Source: Squalus acanthias
Taxonomy: Eukaryota
Assembly (NCBI GenBank): GCA_030390025.1
Contig: JASTWF010000080.1
Location: 186,001-250,000 of the forward strand
Reading direction: 5' to 3'
Length of the DNA stretch: 64,000 bases
Under the pieces are notes generated by a model. It had not been told where the DNA came from. It did no database searches and worked only from the letters and a program-made list of their open reading frames with translations. Shown one piece after another: positions 24,801 to 37,264 of this stretch (position 1 is its first letter; each line of letters opens with the position of its first letter). Position numbers and translations under genes: made by a program.

Positions 24801-27800
24801 CAGTCCCTCGCCCGCCAGCCCCTCGCCCTCCACTCACTCGCCCTCCAGTCCCTCGTCCTCCAGTCCCTCACCTTCCAGTCCCTCCCCCTCCAGTCCCTCG
24901 CCCTCCAGTCCCTCGCCCTCCAGTCCCTCACCCTCCTGCCCCTCCCCCTCCAGTCCCTCACCCTCCAGCCCCTTGCCCTCCTGCCCCTCCCCCTCCAGTC
25001 CCTCACCCTCCAGTCCCTCGTCATCCAGTCCCTCGCCCTCCAGTCCCTCACCCTCCAGTCCCTCGCCCTCCTGCCCATCCCCCTCCAGTCCCTCCCCCTC
25101 CAGTCCCTCGCGCTCCAGTCCCTCGTCCTCCAGTCGCTCGACCTCCAGACCCTCGCCCTCCAGCCCCTCGCCCTCCAATCCCTCGCCCTCCAGTCCCTCG
25201 CCCTCCTGCCCCTCCCCCTCCAGTCCCTCGTCCTCCAGTCTCTCGCCCTCCAGTCTCTCGCCCTCCAGTCCCTCCCCCTCCTGCCCCTCGCCCTCCAGGC
25301 TCTCGCCCTCCAGTCCCTCGCCCTCCAGCCACTTGCCCTCCCGCCACTCGCCCTCCAGTCCCTCCCCCTCCAGTCCGTCCCCCTCCAGTCCCTCGCCCTC
25401 CAGTCCCTCGCCCTCCAGTCTCTCGCCCTCCAGTCCCTCCCCCTCCAGTCCATCCCCCTCCAGTCCCTCGCCCTCCACTCCCTCACCCTCCAGTCCCTCC
25501 CCCTCCAGCTCCTCCCCCTCCTGTCCCTCCCCCTCCAGTCCCTCGCTCTCCAGTCCCTCGCCCTCCTGCCCCTCCCCCACCAGTCCCTCACCCTCCAGTC
25601 CCTCGCCCTCCTTCCCTCGCCCTCCAGCCCCTTGCTCTCCACTCCCTCCCCCTCCAGTCCCTCGCCCTCCAGTCCATCGCCCTCCACTCCCTCGCCCTCC
25701 AGTCCATCGCCCTCCAGTCCCTCGCCCTCCAGTCCCTCCCCCTCCAATCCCTCCCCCTCCAGTCCCTCGCCCTGCAGACCCTTGCCCTCCAGTCCCTCGC
25801 CCTCCAGACCCTCGCCCTCCAGTCCCTTGCCCTCCAGTCCCTCCCCCTCCAGTCCCTTGCCCTTCAATCCCTCACCCTCCAGTCTCAAGTCCTCCAGTCC
25901 CTCGCCCTCCAGTCCTTCGCCCTCCAGTCCCTCGTCCTCCAGTCCCTCCTTCTCTAGTCCCTCACCTTCCAGTCCCTCGCCCTCCAGTCCCTCGCTCTCC
26001 AGTCCCTCGCCTTCCAGTCGCTCGCCCTCCAGTCACTCGCCCTCCAGTCCCTCGCTCTCCAGTCCATCGCCCTCCAGTCCCTCCCCCTCCAGTCCATCGC
26101 CTTCCAGTCCCTCGCCTTCCAGTCCCTCGCCTTCCAGTCCCTCGCCCTCCAGTCCCTCGTCCTCAAGTCCCTCGCCCTCCAGTCCCTCGCCCTCCAGTCC
26201 CTCGCCCTCCAGTGCCTCCCCCTCCAGTCCCTCCCCCTCCAGTCCCTCCCGCTCCAATCCCTCCCCCTCCAGTCCCTCGCCCTCCACTCCCTCGCCCTCC
26301 AGTCCCTCCCGCTCCAGTCCCTCCCCCTCCAGTCCCTCGCCCTCCAGTCCCTCGTCCTCCAGCCCCTCGCCCTCCAGTCCCTCGCCCTCCAGTCCCTCGT
26401 CCTCCAGTCCCTCGCCCTCCAGTCCCTCGCCCTCCAGTCCCTCGCCCTCCAGCCCCTCGCCCTCCACTCCCTCACCCTCCAGTCCCTCATCCTCCAGTCC
26501 CTCGCCTGCCAGCCCTCGCCCTCCACTCCCTCGCCCTCCAGTCCCTCCCCCTCCAGTCCCTCGCCCTCCAGTCCCTCGCCCACCAGTCCCTCGCCCTCCT
26601 GCCCCTCCCCTCCAGTCCCTCGCTTTCCAGCCCCTCGCCCTCCTGCCCCCTCCCCCTCCAGTCCCTCACCCTCCAGTCCCTCGTCCTCCAGTCCCTCGCC
26701 CTCCAGTCCCTCGCTCTCCAGTCCCTCGCCCACCAGTCCCTCCCCCTCCAGTCCCTCGCCCTCCACTCCCCTCGCCCCTCCACTCCCTCACCCTCCAGTC
26801 CCTCCCCCTCCAGCCCCTCCCCCTCCAGTCCCTCCCCCTCCAGTCCCTCGCCCTCCAGTCCCAGGCCTCCAGCCCCTCGCCTTTCCTGCCCCTCCCCCAC
26901 AGTCCCTCGCCCTCCAGTCCCTCGCCCTCCAGTCCCTCACCCTCCAGCCCCTCGCTCTCCACTCCCTCGCCCTCCACTCCATCGCCCACCAGTCCCTCGC
27001 CCTCCAGTCCCTCGCCCTCCAGTCCCTCGTCCTCCAGTCCCTCGTCCTCCAGTCCCTCACCCTCCAGTCCCTCCCCCTCCAATCCCTCCCCCTCCAGTCC
27101 CTCGCCCTGCAGACCCTCGCCCTCCAGTCCCTCGCCCTCCAGACCCTTGCCCTCCAGCCACTCGCCCTCCAGTCCCTCGCCCTCCAGTCCCTCCCCCTCC
27201 AGTCTCTCGCCCTCCAATCCCTCACCCTCCAGTCTCAAGTCCTCCAGTCCCTCGCCCTCCAGTCCTTCGCCCTCCAGTCCCTCGTCCTCCAGTCCCTCCT
27301 TCTCCAGTCCCTCACCTTCCAGTCCCTCGCCCTCCAGTCCCTCGCCCTCCAGTCCCTCGCCTTCCAGTCCCTCGCCCTCCAGTCCCTCGCCCTCCAGTCC
27401 CTTGCTCTCCAGTCCATCGCCCTCCAGTCCCTCCCGTCCCTCCCCCTCCAGTCCATCGCCTTCCAGTCCCTCGCCTTCCAGTCCCTCGCCCTCCAGTCCC
27501 TCCCCCTCCAGTCTCTCGCCTTCCAGTCCCTCGCCCTCCAGTCCCTCCCACTCCAGTCTCTCGCCTTCCAGTCCCTCGCCTTCCAGTCTCTCGCCCTCCA
27601 GTCCCTCACCCACCAGTCCCTCCCCCTCCAGTCCCTCCCCCTCCAGTCCCTCGCTTTCCAGTCCCTCGCCCTCCAGTCCCTCCCCATCCAGTCCCTCGTC
27701 CTCCAGTCCCTCGCCCTCCAGTCCCTCGCCCTCCAGTCCCTCGCCCTCCAGTCCCTCGCCTTCCAGTCCCTCGCCTTCCAGACCCTCGCCCTGCAGTCTC

Positions 27801-28580
27801 TCGCCCTCCAGTCCCTCACCCTCCAGTCTCTCGCCTTCCAGTCCATCGCCCTCCAGTCCCTCCCCCTCCAGTCCCTCCACCTCCAGGCCCTCCCTCTCCA
27901 GTCCCTCCCCCTCCAGTCCCTCGCCCTCCAGTCCCTCGCCCTCCTGTCCCTCGCCCTCCAGTCCCTCGCCCTCCAGTCTCTCGCCTTCCAGTCCCTCGCC
28001 TTCCAGTCCCTCGCCTTCCAGTCCCTCGCCCTCCAGTCTCTCGCCCTCCAGTCCCTCGCCCTCCAGTCTCTCGCCTTCCAGTCCATCACCCTCCAGTCCC
28101 TCCCCCTCCAGTCTCTTGCCCTCCAGTCCCTCCCCCTCCAGTCCCTCGCCCTCCAGCCCCTCCCCCTCCAGTCCCTCGCCCTCCAGTCCCTCGTCCTCCA
28201 GTCCCTCGCCCTCCAGTCCCTCGCCCTCCAGTCCCTCGCCCTCCAGTCCCTCGCCTTCCAGTCCCTCGCCCTCCAGTCCCTCGCCCTCCAGTCTCTCCCC
28301 CTCCAGTTTCTCACCCACCAGTCCCTCACCCTCCAGTTCCTCGCCCTCCAGTCCCTCGCCCTCCAGTCCCCCCTCCAGTCCCTCGCCCTCCAGTCCCCCC
28401 TCCAGTCCCTCGCCCTCCAGTCCCCCCTCCAGTCCCTCGCCCTCCAGTTCCTCGCCCTCCAGTCCCTCGCCCTCCAGTCCCCCCTCCAGTCCCTCGCCCT
28501 CCAGTCCCCCCTCCAGTCCCTCGCCCTCCAGTCCCCCCTCCAGTCCCTCGCCCTCCAGTCCCCCCTCCAGTCCCTCGCCA
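21900..28580. repeat. 6.7-kb 15-bp minisatellite (ccctccagtccctcg)n
   Basis: More than 400 diverged units. All long ORFs here are low-complexity translations. Confidence 0.97.
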
Positions 28581-30507
28581 CTGAAGGATCCAGCTAGTTC
28601 CCAAAGAATTCTGGGATACTTGGCTAGGTTTAACCCTCCCAAAGAAGGTAACTGTAAGAAATAGCTCACTGAAAGGTTCAGCTTGTTCCCAAAGAATTCT
28701 GGGATACTTGACTATGCTTAACCCTTTCATAAAAAAGGCACCTGTAAGGAATAGCTGTAGATTCAAAGATGGGGCTTAATTAAAACGGAGACTGACAACA
28801 TGCAGCTGGGAACAGATAGCAGGGATGTAAGCGAGGTCGAATATCGAACATCAGAGACCAGTAAAAGTGATAAGGGGATCATAAAATGCAAGGAACAGGC
28901 ACTTTTGCAGGCTGCAAGGCATCTCTTCACTAATTAAACTTCGGGATATGTATTCACAGCGCCTTAGTGGAGTCACTGTCCAAGCACGGCCTGTCCTCCC
29001 AGGAGATAAGGGGACCAATTATCAAACATGGTACGAGTTCGCTGGAAGATTCTTTATTTAGAATGTTTTTTAAACCTGCAGCGAGTTTTTAGTCTCACAT
29101 TGTCAGTGATGGAATTTTATCGACACTTTCAGAATGAGCCCTGGGCTTGATCTCATTGCAGTGAGTTATAAAATGCTATTGTTGTTTATTGTTGCAATTG
29201 GGTGAAAAGTGTTGTGTGAATTCCGCGGGGCACCGCCAGTTTCCCGGCGTAACTCTGGCGCAGACCCAGTGAAGTCAGCTCCCTGCCGTTTCTGGGAGGT
29301 TCCTCAGTAAAGAGCGGGGGAGCTTCTAGTCCAGTGGAAGGAAAATACGGCCACGGGCTGTACCCGGCCCGCCAGCTCATTCTATCCAGCCCGCTGGACC
29401 AGATACAAATAGAACGCCAGCTGGAGCTCGAGCTGCAGGTTAGTCTGAGTCGAGGCGTGGCTGCACATCTCGATGATTCTTTTACAGAAGAAAGTAGCAT
29501 GGATCAAGGATTGGTTAAGGGACAGAAAACAGAGAGCAGAGGTGTGTCGGTGACAGAACAAGATCGTGGGGTGTGTCGGTGACTGGACAGGGTCGGCGTG
29601 GAGTGTCGGTGACTGGACAGGGTCGGCGTGGAGTGTCGGTGACTGGACAGGGTCGGCGTGGAGTGTCGGTGACTGAACAGGGTCGGCGTGGAGTGTCGGT
29701 GACTGGACAGGGTCGGCGTGGAGTGTCGGTGACTGGACAGGGTCGGCGTGGAGTGTCGGTGACTGGACAGGGTCGGCGTGGAGTGTCGGTGACTGGACAG
29801 GGTCAGTGGGGTGTGTTGGTGACGGGACAGGGTCACGGGGTGTGTCGGAGAAAGGACAGGGTCACGGGGTGTGTCGGTGACCGGACAGGGTCAGCCTGGA
29901 GTGTCAGTGACTGGACAGGGTTGGTGGGGTGTGTTGGTGACTGGACAGGGTCGGTGGGGTGTTACATTGATGTAACTGTAGAGAGAGACCAGGCCTCAAA
30001 CTGACAGTCCTGTATCTAGAGAGAGAGAGAGAGAAACCAGAACTAAAGCTGACAGTACTGTATCTGTAGAGAGAGAGAGAGAGAGACCAGGCATAAAACT
30101 GACATTGATGTAACTGTAGAGAGAGAACAGGCCTCAAACTGACAGTGCTGTATCTGTAGAGTGAGACAGAGAGAGGGGCCAGGACTAAAACTGACTGCTG
30201 TATGTGTGGAGAGAGACCTGGCCTGTTGGATTCTATCCGTTCCATCAAGGCTTCGAGCTTTGAACTCCTGCCCCACGTGATGCCATGAGGTGGGTCATTG
30301 TCTCTGAGGTAGCAGGGTTATCAGAACCAAAAACAGAGGCGGGTAAATCCAATCTACCATTCACTGTCTCAATGTGTCGGTGCTATAACCTCCCCTTTCA
30401 AGTTTGGGAAAATAAATCAGCAAGTTTAACAGTGCGGTTTAAGACCCCCTCTGCTGTTTACAGCGGTTTCAGCAACACCAGCCTCGGAAATGGGTGGAGT
30501 GAGATTA

Positions 30508-30638
30508 GAAATTGAAACTGAACCAGATAGAAGCCATTTCGGGGAAACAGAAACTTCCTGTAGCATTTGCAGCTTGTAAATCAACCAAGATATTCACCCC
30601 GAAAGCTCAGTTTCTGCTCCGTCACTGCAACGTGAAAG
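30508..30638 (+). promoter_or_regulatory. Interferon-responsive promoter and putative first exon, copy 1
   Basis: ISRE GAAATTGAAACT 30508-19; GAS TTTCGGGGAAA 30537-47 overlapping ISRE GAAACAGAAACT 30544-55; donor AAG|GTGAGT at 30638/9. Confidence 0.75.
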
Positions 30639-31223
30639 GTGAGTTACTCACGGTTTGTGGGTTCAGTTTACATCAATCTGTGCAAACTTCGCAGAGAGAC
30701 GCTCGATGACTTAAATACTTCAAATATTTAAATAAGGCCATTGGCAGCAAGACTCGGAATTCACACAATGGAATCGACTGGAAGATTCTTTACGTAGAAT
30801 GTTTTTTAAACCTGCAGCGAGTTTTTAGTCTCACATTGTCAGTGATGGAATTTTATCGACACTTTCAGAATGAGCCCTGGGCTTGATCTCATTGCAGTGA
30901 GTTATAAAATGCTATTGTTGTTTATTGGTGCAATTGGGTGAAAAGTGTTGTGTGAATTCCGCGGGGCACCGCCAGTCTCCCGGCGTAACTCTGGCGCAGA
31001 CCCAGTGAAGTCAGCTCCCTGCCGTTTCTGGGAGGTTCCTCAGTAAAGAGCGGGGGAGCTTCTAGTCCAGTGGTGGGAAAATACGGCCACGGGCTGTACC
31101 CGGCCCGCCAGCTCATTCTATCCAGCCCGCTGGACCAGACACAAATAGAACGCCAGCCGGAGCTCGAGCTGCAGGTTAGTCTGAGTCGAGGCGTGGCTGC
31201 TCATCTCGATGATTCTTTTACAG

Positions 31224-31336
31224 AAGAAAGAGACCGGCGCTGCGTCTATCCTCTCCCGGTACCCAGAGTAGGACAGCAGGGGATTCTCATCGCCGTCTTC
31301 GACACGGGAGTGGATCCCGGAGCACAAGGACTCCAG
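31224..31336 (+). pseudogene. TPP2: TPP2 (tripeptidyl peptidase II) exon-1 fragment, copy 1
   Basis: [37 protein letters not shown]|gtaatg, compared with remembered human [38 protein letters not shown]. Carries a 1-nt frameshift. Confidence 0.85.
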
Positions 31337-32613
31337 GTAATGGCACGCCATCGTAGTTCAGACCTTGCGAAGCCTCGGGTCCCGTACTCAGCGCACTAAA
31401 AAGAGCAAACCTCTGGCATCGGAGGCTCCGCAGACTCGAGCCTCTCTGTCAGACAGTCACATAGACTTTCAGTACAACATATAATCGATCGAGCAATCAT
31501 GTCATTCCTTTAGGAACAGAAGATTTGACTATTTCACACCACATTTTGTGTATTTAAGATAGTGTCTGACTACTATCTGAATTCTGTTTATAAATTATTG
31601 GGAGGGTAAAGTGGGAGTGAAGATCAACACTAGGTGCCACATAAAAGGCTGCTAACAAAATAAGGGCTCATGTGGTTGGGGGTAAAATAGTAGCATGGAT
31701 CAAGGATTGGTTAAGGGACAGAAAACATAGATTAGGAGTGGGTCGGTGATAGAACAGAATCGTGGGGTGTGTCGGAGAAAGGACAGGGTCGGCGTGGAGT
31801 GTCGGTGACTGGACAGGGTCGGCGTGGAGTGTCGGTGACTGGACAGAGTCGGCGTGGAGTGTCGGTGACTGGACAGGGTCACCGGGTGTGTCGGTGACTG
31901 GACAGAGTCGGCGTGGAGTGTCGGTGACTCGACAGGGTCGGCGTGGAGTGTCGGTGACTGGACAGGATCACCGGGTGTGTCGGTGACTGGACAGGGTCAC
32001 GGGGTGTGTAGGTGACTGGACAGGGCGGCGTGGAGTGTCGGTGACTGGACAGGGTCGGCGTGGAGTGTTGGTGCCTGAACAGGGTCGGTGGGTTGTGTTG
32101 GTGACTGGACAGGGTCGGTGTGGTGTGTCGGTGACAGGACAGGGTTGGTGGGGTGTGTCGGTGACTGGACAGGGTCGGTGGGGTGTGTCGGTGACTGGAC
32201 AGGGTCAGCGTGGAGTGTCGGTGACTGGACAGGGTCAGCGTGGAGTGTCGGTGACTGGACAGGGTCGGTGGGGTGTGTTGGTGACGGGACAGGGTCACGG
32301 GGTGTGTCGGAGAAAGGACAGGGTCACGGGGTGTGTCGGTGATAGGACAGGGTCAGCGTGGAGTGTCTGTGACTGGACAGAGTCGGTGTGGAGTGTCGGT
32401 GACAGGACAGGGTCAGCGTGGTGTGTCGGTGACAGGACAGGGTCAGCGTGGAGTGTTGGTGACTGGACACGGTCGCTGGGGTGTGTTGGTGACGGGACAG
32501 GGTCGGTGGGGTGTTACATTGATGTAACTGTAGAGAGAGACCAGGCCTCAAACTGACAGTCCTTTATCTAGAGAGAGAGAGAGAGAGAGAGAAACCAGAA
32601 CTAAAGCTGACTG

Positions 32614-32876
32614 TGTGGCGGATCGCCACCTAAAACGGGCATAATCCACTCTTCCGTCTGTGGACAAATTCCCAGCACCTTCCCCTTTAAGGCACATTAC
32701 CTTTAAGGCAGACGGGGGCGGGGCCTCAGGTTTTACCCAGAGAATTCTGGGAGTTTTTCCGGGGAGTTCTGGGAGCAGCTCTCGCAGCCATTTTGTGTGC
32801 CATGCAGTGAATTAAAGTTTTCTGGTTTTCTACATATGGATTCAGCCTCCATTCGTGTTTCGCGGCAGCCTCAACA
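32614..32876 (+). mobile_element. 263-bp solo LTR (TG..CA, ATTAAA, 4-bp TSD AC[T/A]G); second copy at 35665-35927
   Basis: tgtggcgg...ctcaaca is inserted in gctg-acag-tgctg. The empty site is seen in the first unit at ~30050. Confidence 0.7.
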
Positions 32877-32938
32877 ACAGTGCTGTATCTGTAGAGAGAG
32901 AGAGAGAGACCAGAACTAAAATCGTTAATGCTGTATCT

Positions 32939-32971
<33 letters not shown>

Positions 32972-33394
32972 AGGCATAAAACTGACATTGATGTAACTGT
33001 AGAGAGAGAACAGGCCTCAAACTGGCAGTGCTGTATCTGTAGAGTGAGACAGAGAGAGGGGCCAGGACTAAAACTGACTGCTGTATCTGTAGAGAGAGAG
33101 ACCTGGCCTGTTGGATTCTATCTGTTCCATCAAGGCTTCGAGCTTTGAACTCCTGCCCCACGTGATGCCATGAGGTGGGTCATTGTCTCTGAGGTAGCAG
33201 GGTTATCAGAACCAAAAACAGAGGCGGGTAAATCCAATCTACCATTCACTGTCTCAATGTGTCGGTGCTATAACCTCCCCTTTCAAGTTTGGGAAAATAA
33301 ATCAGCAAGTTTAACACAGTGCGGTTTAGGACCCTCTCTGCTGTTTACAGCAGTTTCAGCAACACCAGCCTCGGAAATGGGTGGAGTGAGATTA

Positions 33395-33525
33395 GAAATC
33401 GAAACTGAACCAGATAGAAGCCATTTCGGGGAAACAGAAACTTCCTGTAGCATTTGCAGCTTGTAAATCAACCAAGATATTCACCCCGAAAGCTCAGTTT
33501 CTGCTCCGTCACTGCAACGTGAAAG
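33395..33525 (+). promoter_or_regulatory. Interferon-responsive promoter and putative first exon, copy 2
   Basis: GAAATCGAAACT 33395-406; TTTCGGGGAAACAGAAACT 33424-42; donor at 33525/6. Confidence 0.75.
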
Positions 33526-34112
33526 GTGAGTTACTCACGGTTTGTGGGTTCAGTTTACATCAATCTGTGCAAACTTCGCAGAGAGACGCTCGATGACTTA
33601 AATACTTCAAATATTTAAATAAGGCCATTGGCAGCAAGACTCGGAATTCACACAATGGCATCGACTGGAAGATTCTTTACTTAGAATGTTTTTTAAACAT
33701 GCAGCGAGTTTTTAGTCTCACATTGTCAGTGATGGAATTTTATCGACACTTTCAGAATGAGCCCTGGGCTTGATCTCATTGCAGTGAGAGTTATAAAATG
33801 CTATTGTTGTTTATTGGTGCAATTGGGTGAAAAGTGTTGTGTGAATTCCGCGGGGCACCGCCAGTCTCCCGGCGTAACTCTGGCGCAGACCCAGTGAAGT
33901 CAGCTCCCTGCCGTTTCTGGGAGGTTCCTCAGTAAAGAGCGGGGGAGCTTCTAGTCCAGTGGAGGGAAAATACGGCCACGGGCTGTACCCGGCCTGCCAG
34001 CTCATTCTATCCAGCCCGCTGGACCAGACACAAATAGAACGCCAGCCGGAGCTCGAGCTGCAGGTTAGTCTGAGTCGAGGCGTGGCTGCTCATCTCGATG
34101 ATTCTTTTACAG

Positions 34113-34225
34113 AAGAAAGAGACCGGCGCTGCGTCTATCCTCTCCCGGTACCCAGAGTAGGACAGCAGGGGATTCTCATCGCCGTCTTCGACACGGGAGT
34201 GGATCCCGGAGCACAAGGACTCCAG
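34113..34225 (+). pseudogene. TPP2: TPP2 exon-1 fragment, copy 2
   Basis: As copy 1. Confidence 0.85.
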
Positions 34226-35609
34226 GTAATGGCACGCCATCGTAGTTCAGACCTTGCGAAGCCTCGGGTCCCGTACTCAGCGCACTAAAAAGAGCAAAAA
34301 CCTCTGGCATCGGAGGCTCCGCAGACTCGAGCCTCTCTGTCAGACAGTCACGTAGACTTTCAGTACAACATATAATCGATCGAGCAATCATGTCATTCCT
34401 TTAGTAACAGAAGATTTGACTATTTCACACCACATTTTGTGTATTTAAGATAGTGTCTGACGACTATCTGAATTGTGTTTATAAATTATTGGGAGGGTAA
34501 AGTGGGAGTGAAGATCAACACTAGGTGCCACATAAAAGGCTGCTAACAAAATAAGGGCTCATGTGGTTGGGGGTAAAATAGTAGCATGGATCAAGGATTG
34601 GTTAATGGATAGAAAACAGAGAGTAGAGATGTGTCGGTGACAGAACAAGATCGTGGGGTGTGTCGGTGACTGGACAGGGTCGGCGTGGAGTGTCGGTGAC
34701 TGGACAGAGTCGGCGTGGAGTGTCGGTGACTGGACAGGGTCACCGGGTGTGTCGGTGACTGGACAGAGTCGGCGTGGAGTGTCGGTGACTCGACAGGGTC
34801 GGCGTGGAGTGTCGGTGACTGGACAGGATCACCGGGTGTGTCGGTGACTGGACAGGGTCACGGGGTGTGTAGGTGACTGGACAGGGCGGCGTGGAGTGTC
34901 GGTGACTGGACAGGGTCGGCGTGGAGTGATGGTGACTGGACAAGGTCGGTGGGGTGTGTTGGTGACTGGACAGGGTCGGCGGGGTGTGTTGGTGACTGGA
35001 CAGGGTCGGTGGGGTGTGTTGGTGACTGGACAGGGTCGGCGTGGAGTGTCGGTGACTGGACAGGGTCGGTGTGGTGTGTCGGTGACAGGACAGGGTTGGT
35101 GGGGTGTGTCGGTGACTGGACAGGGTCAGTGGGGTGTGTCGGTGACTGGACAGGGTCGGTGGGGTGTGTCGGTGACTGGACAGGGTCGGTGGGGTGTGTC
35201 GGTGACTGGACAGGGTCGGTGGGGTGTGTCGGTGACTGGACAGGGTCGGCGGGGTGTGTTGGTGACTGGACAGGGTCGGCCTGGAGTGTCGGTGACTGGA
35301 CAGGGTCAGCGTGGAGTGTCGGTGACTGGACAGGGTCGGTGGGGTGTGTTGGTGACGGGACAGGGTCACGGGGTGTGTCGGAGAAAGGACAGGGTCACGG
35401 GGTGTGTCGGTGATAGGACAGGGTCAGCGTGGAGTGTCTGTGACTGGACAGAGTCGGTGTGGAGTGTCGGTGACAGGACAGGGTCAGCGTGGAGTGTTGG
35501 TGACTGGACACGGTCGCTGGGGTGTGTTGGTGACGGGACAGGGTCGGTGGAGTGTTACATTAATGTAACTGTAGAGAGAGACCAGGCCTCAAACTGACAG
35601 TCCTGTATC

Positions 35610-35648
<39 letters not shown>

Positions 35649-36433
35649 GAACTAAAGCTGACTGTGTGGCGGATCGCCACCTAAAACGGGCATAATCCAC
35701 TCTTCCGTCTGTGGACAAATTCCCAGCACCTTCCCCTTTAAGGCACATTACCTTTAAGGCAGATGGGGGCGGAGCCTCAGGTTTTACCCAGAGAATTCTG
35801 GGAGTTTTTCCGGGGAGTTCTGGGAGCAGCTCTCGCAGCCATTTTGTGTGCCATGCAGTGAATTAAAGTTTTCTGGTTTTCTACATATGGATTCAGCCTC
35901 CATTCGTGTTTCGCGGCAGCCTCAACAACAGTGCTGTATCTGTAGAGAGAGAGAGAGAGACCAGAACTAAAACCGCTAATGCTGTATCTGTAGAGAGAGA
36001 GAGAGAGACCAGGCATAAAACTGACATTGATGTAACTGTAGAGAGAGAACAGGCCTCAAACTGGCAGTGCTGTATCTGTAGAGTGAGACAGAGAGAGGGA
36101 CCAGGACTAAAACTGACTGCTGTATCTGTAGAGAGAGAGACCTGGCCTGTTGGATTCTATCTGTTCCATCAAGGCTTCGAGCTTTGAACTCCTGCCCCAC
36201 GTGATGCCATGAGGTGGGTCATTGTCTCTGAGGTAGCAGGGTTATCAGAACCAAAAACCGAGGCGGGTAAATCCAATCTACCATTCACTGTCTCAATGTG
36301 TCGGTGCTATAACCTCCCCTTTCAAGTTTGGGAAAATAAATCAGCAAGTTTAACACAGTGCGGTTTAGGACCCTCTCTGCTGTTTACAGCGGTTTCAGCA
36401 ACACCAGCCTCGGAAATGGGTGGAGTGAGATTA

Positions 36434-36564
36434 GAAATCGAAACTGAACCAGATAGAAGCCATTTCGGGGAAACAGAAACTTCCTGTAGCATTTGCAGCT
36501 TGTAAATCAACCAAGATATTCACCCCGAAAGCTCAGTTTCTGCTCCGTCACTGCAACGTGAAAG
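36434..36564 (+). promoter_or_regulatory. Interferon-responsive promoter and putative first exon, copy 3
   Basis: GAAATCGAAACT 36434-45; TTTCGGGGAAACAGAAACT 36463-81; donor at 36564/5. Confidence 0.75.
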
Positions 36565-37151
36565 GTGAGTTACTCACGGTTTGTGGGTTCAGTTTACATC
36601 AATCTGTGCAAACTTCCCAGAGAGACGCTCGATGACTTAAATACTTCAAATATTTAAATAAGGCCATTGGCAGCAAGACTCGGAATTCACACAATGGAAT
36701 CGACTGGAAGATTCTTTACTTAGAATGTTTTTTAAACATGCAGCGAGTGTTTAGTCTCACATTGTCAATGATGGAATTTTATCGACACTTTCAGAATGAG
36801 CCCTGGGCTTGATCTCATTGCAGTGAGAGTTATAAAATGCTATTGTTGTTTATTGGTGCAATTGGGTGAAAAGTGTTGTGTGAATTCCGCGGGGCACCGC
36901 CAGTCTCCCGGCGTAACTCTGGCGCAGACCCAGTGAAGTCAGCTCCCTGCCGTTTCTGGGAGGTTCCTCAGTAAAGAGCGGGGGAGCTTCTAGTCCAGTG
37001 GAGGGAAAATACGGCCACGGGCTGTACCCGGCCCGCCAGCTCATTCTATCCAGCCCGCTGGACCAGACACAAATAGAACGCCAGCCGGAGCTCGAGCTGC
37101 AGGTTAGTCTGAGTCGAGGCGTGGCTGCTCATCTCGATGATTCTTTTACAG

Positions 37152-37264
37152 AAGAAAGAGACCGGCGCTGCGTCTATCCTCTCCCGGTACCCAGAGTACG
37201 ACAGCAGGGGATTCTCATCGCCGTCTTCGACACGGGAGTGGATCCCGGAGCACAAGGACTCCAG
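37152..37264 (+). pseudogene. TPP2: TPP2 exon-1 fragment, copy 3 (retains TAC in YPEYD)
   Basis: As copy 1, but gagtacgac instead of gagtaggac. Confidence 0.85.

Noticed and set aside
22446-28669. Very long ORFs (2072, 1788, 946, 903 aa) of SSPSP/LQSLA/EGEGL repeats
   Set aside because: These are stop-free translations of a 15-bp minisatellite, open in nearly all frames, with no gene context.
28581-29040. Two ~89-bp direct repeats, possibly an LTR remnant
   Set aside because: No clear termini, TSD or coding support, so left uncalled.
31070-31399. Functional TPP2 gene
   Set aside because: It lacks the native start, has a frameshift, and no downstream TPP2 exons occur in the window.
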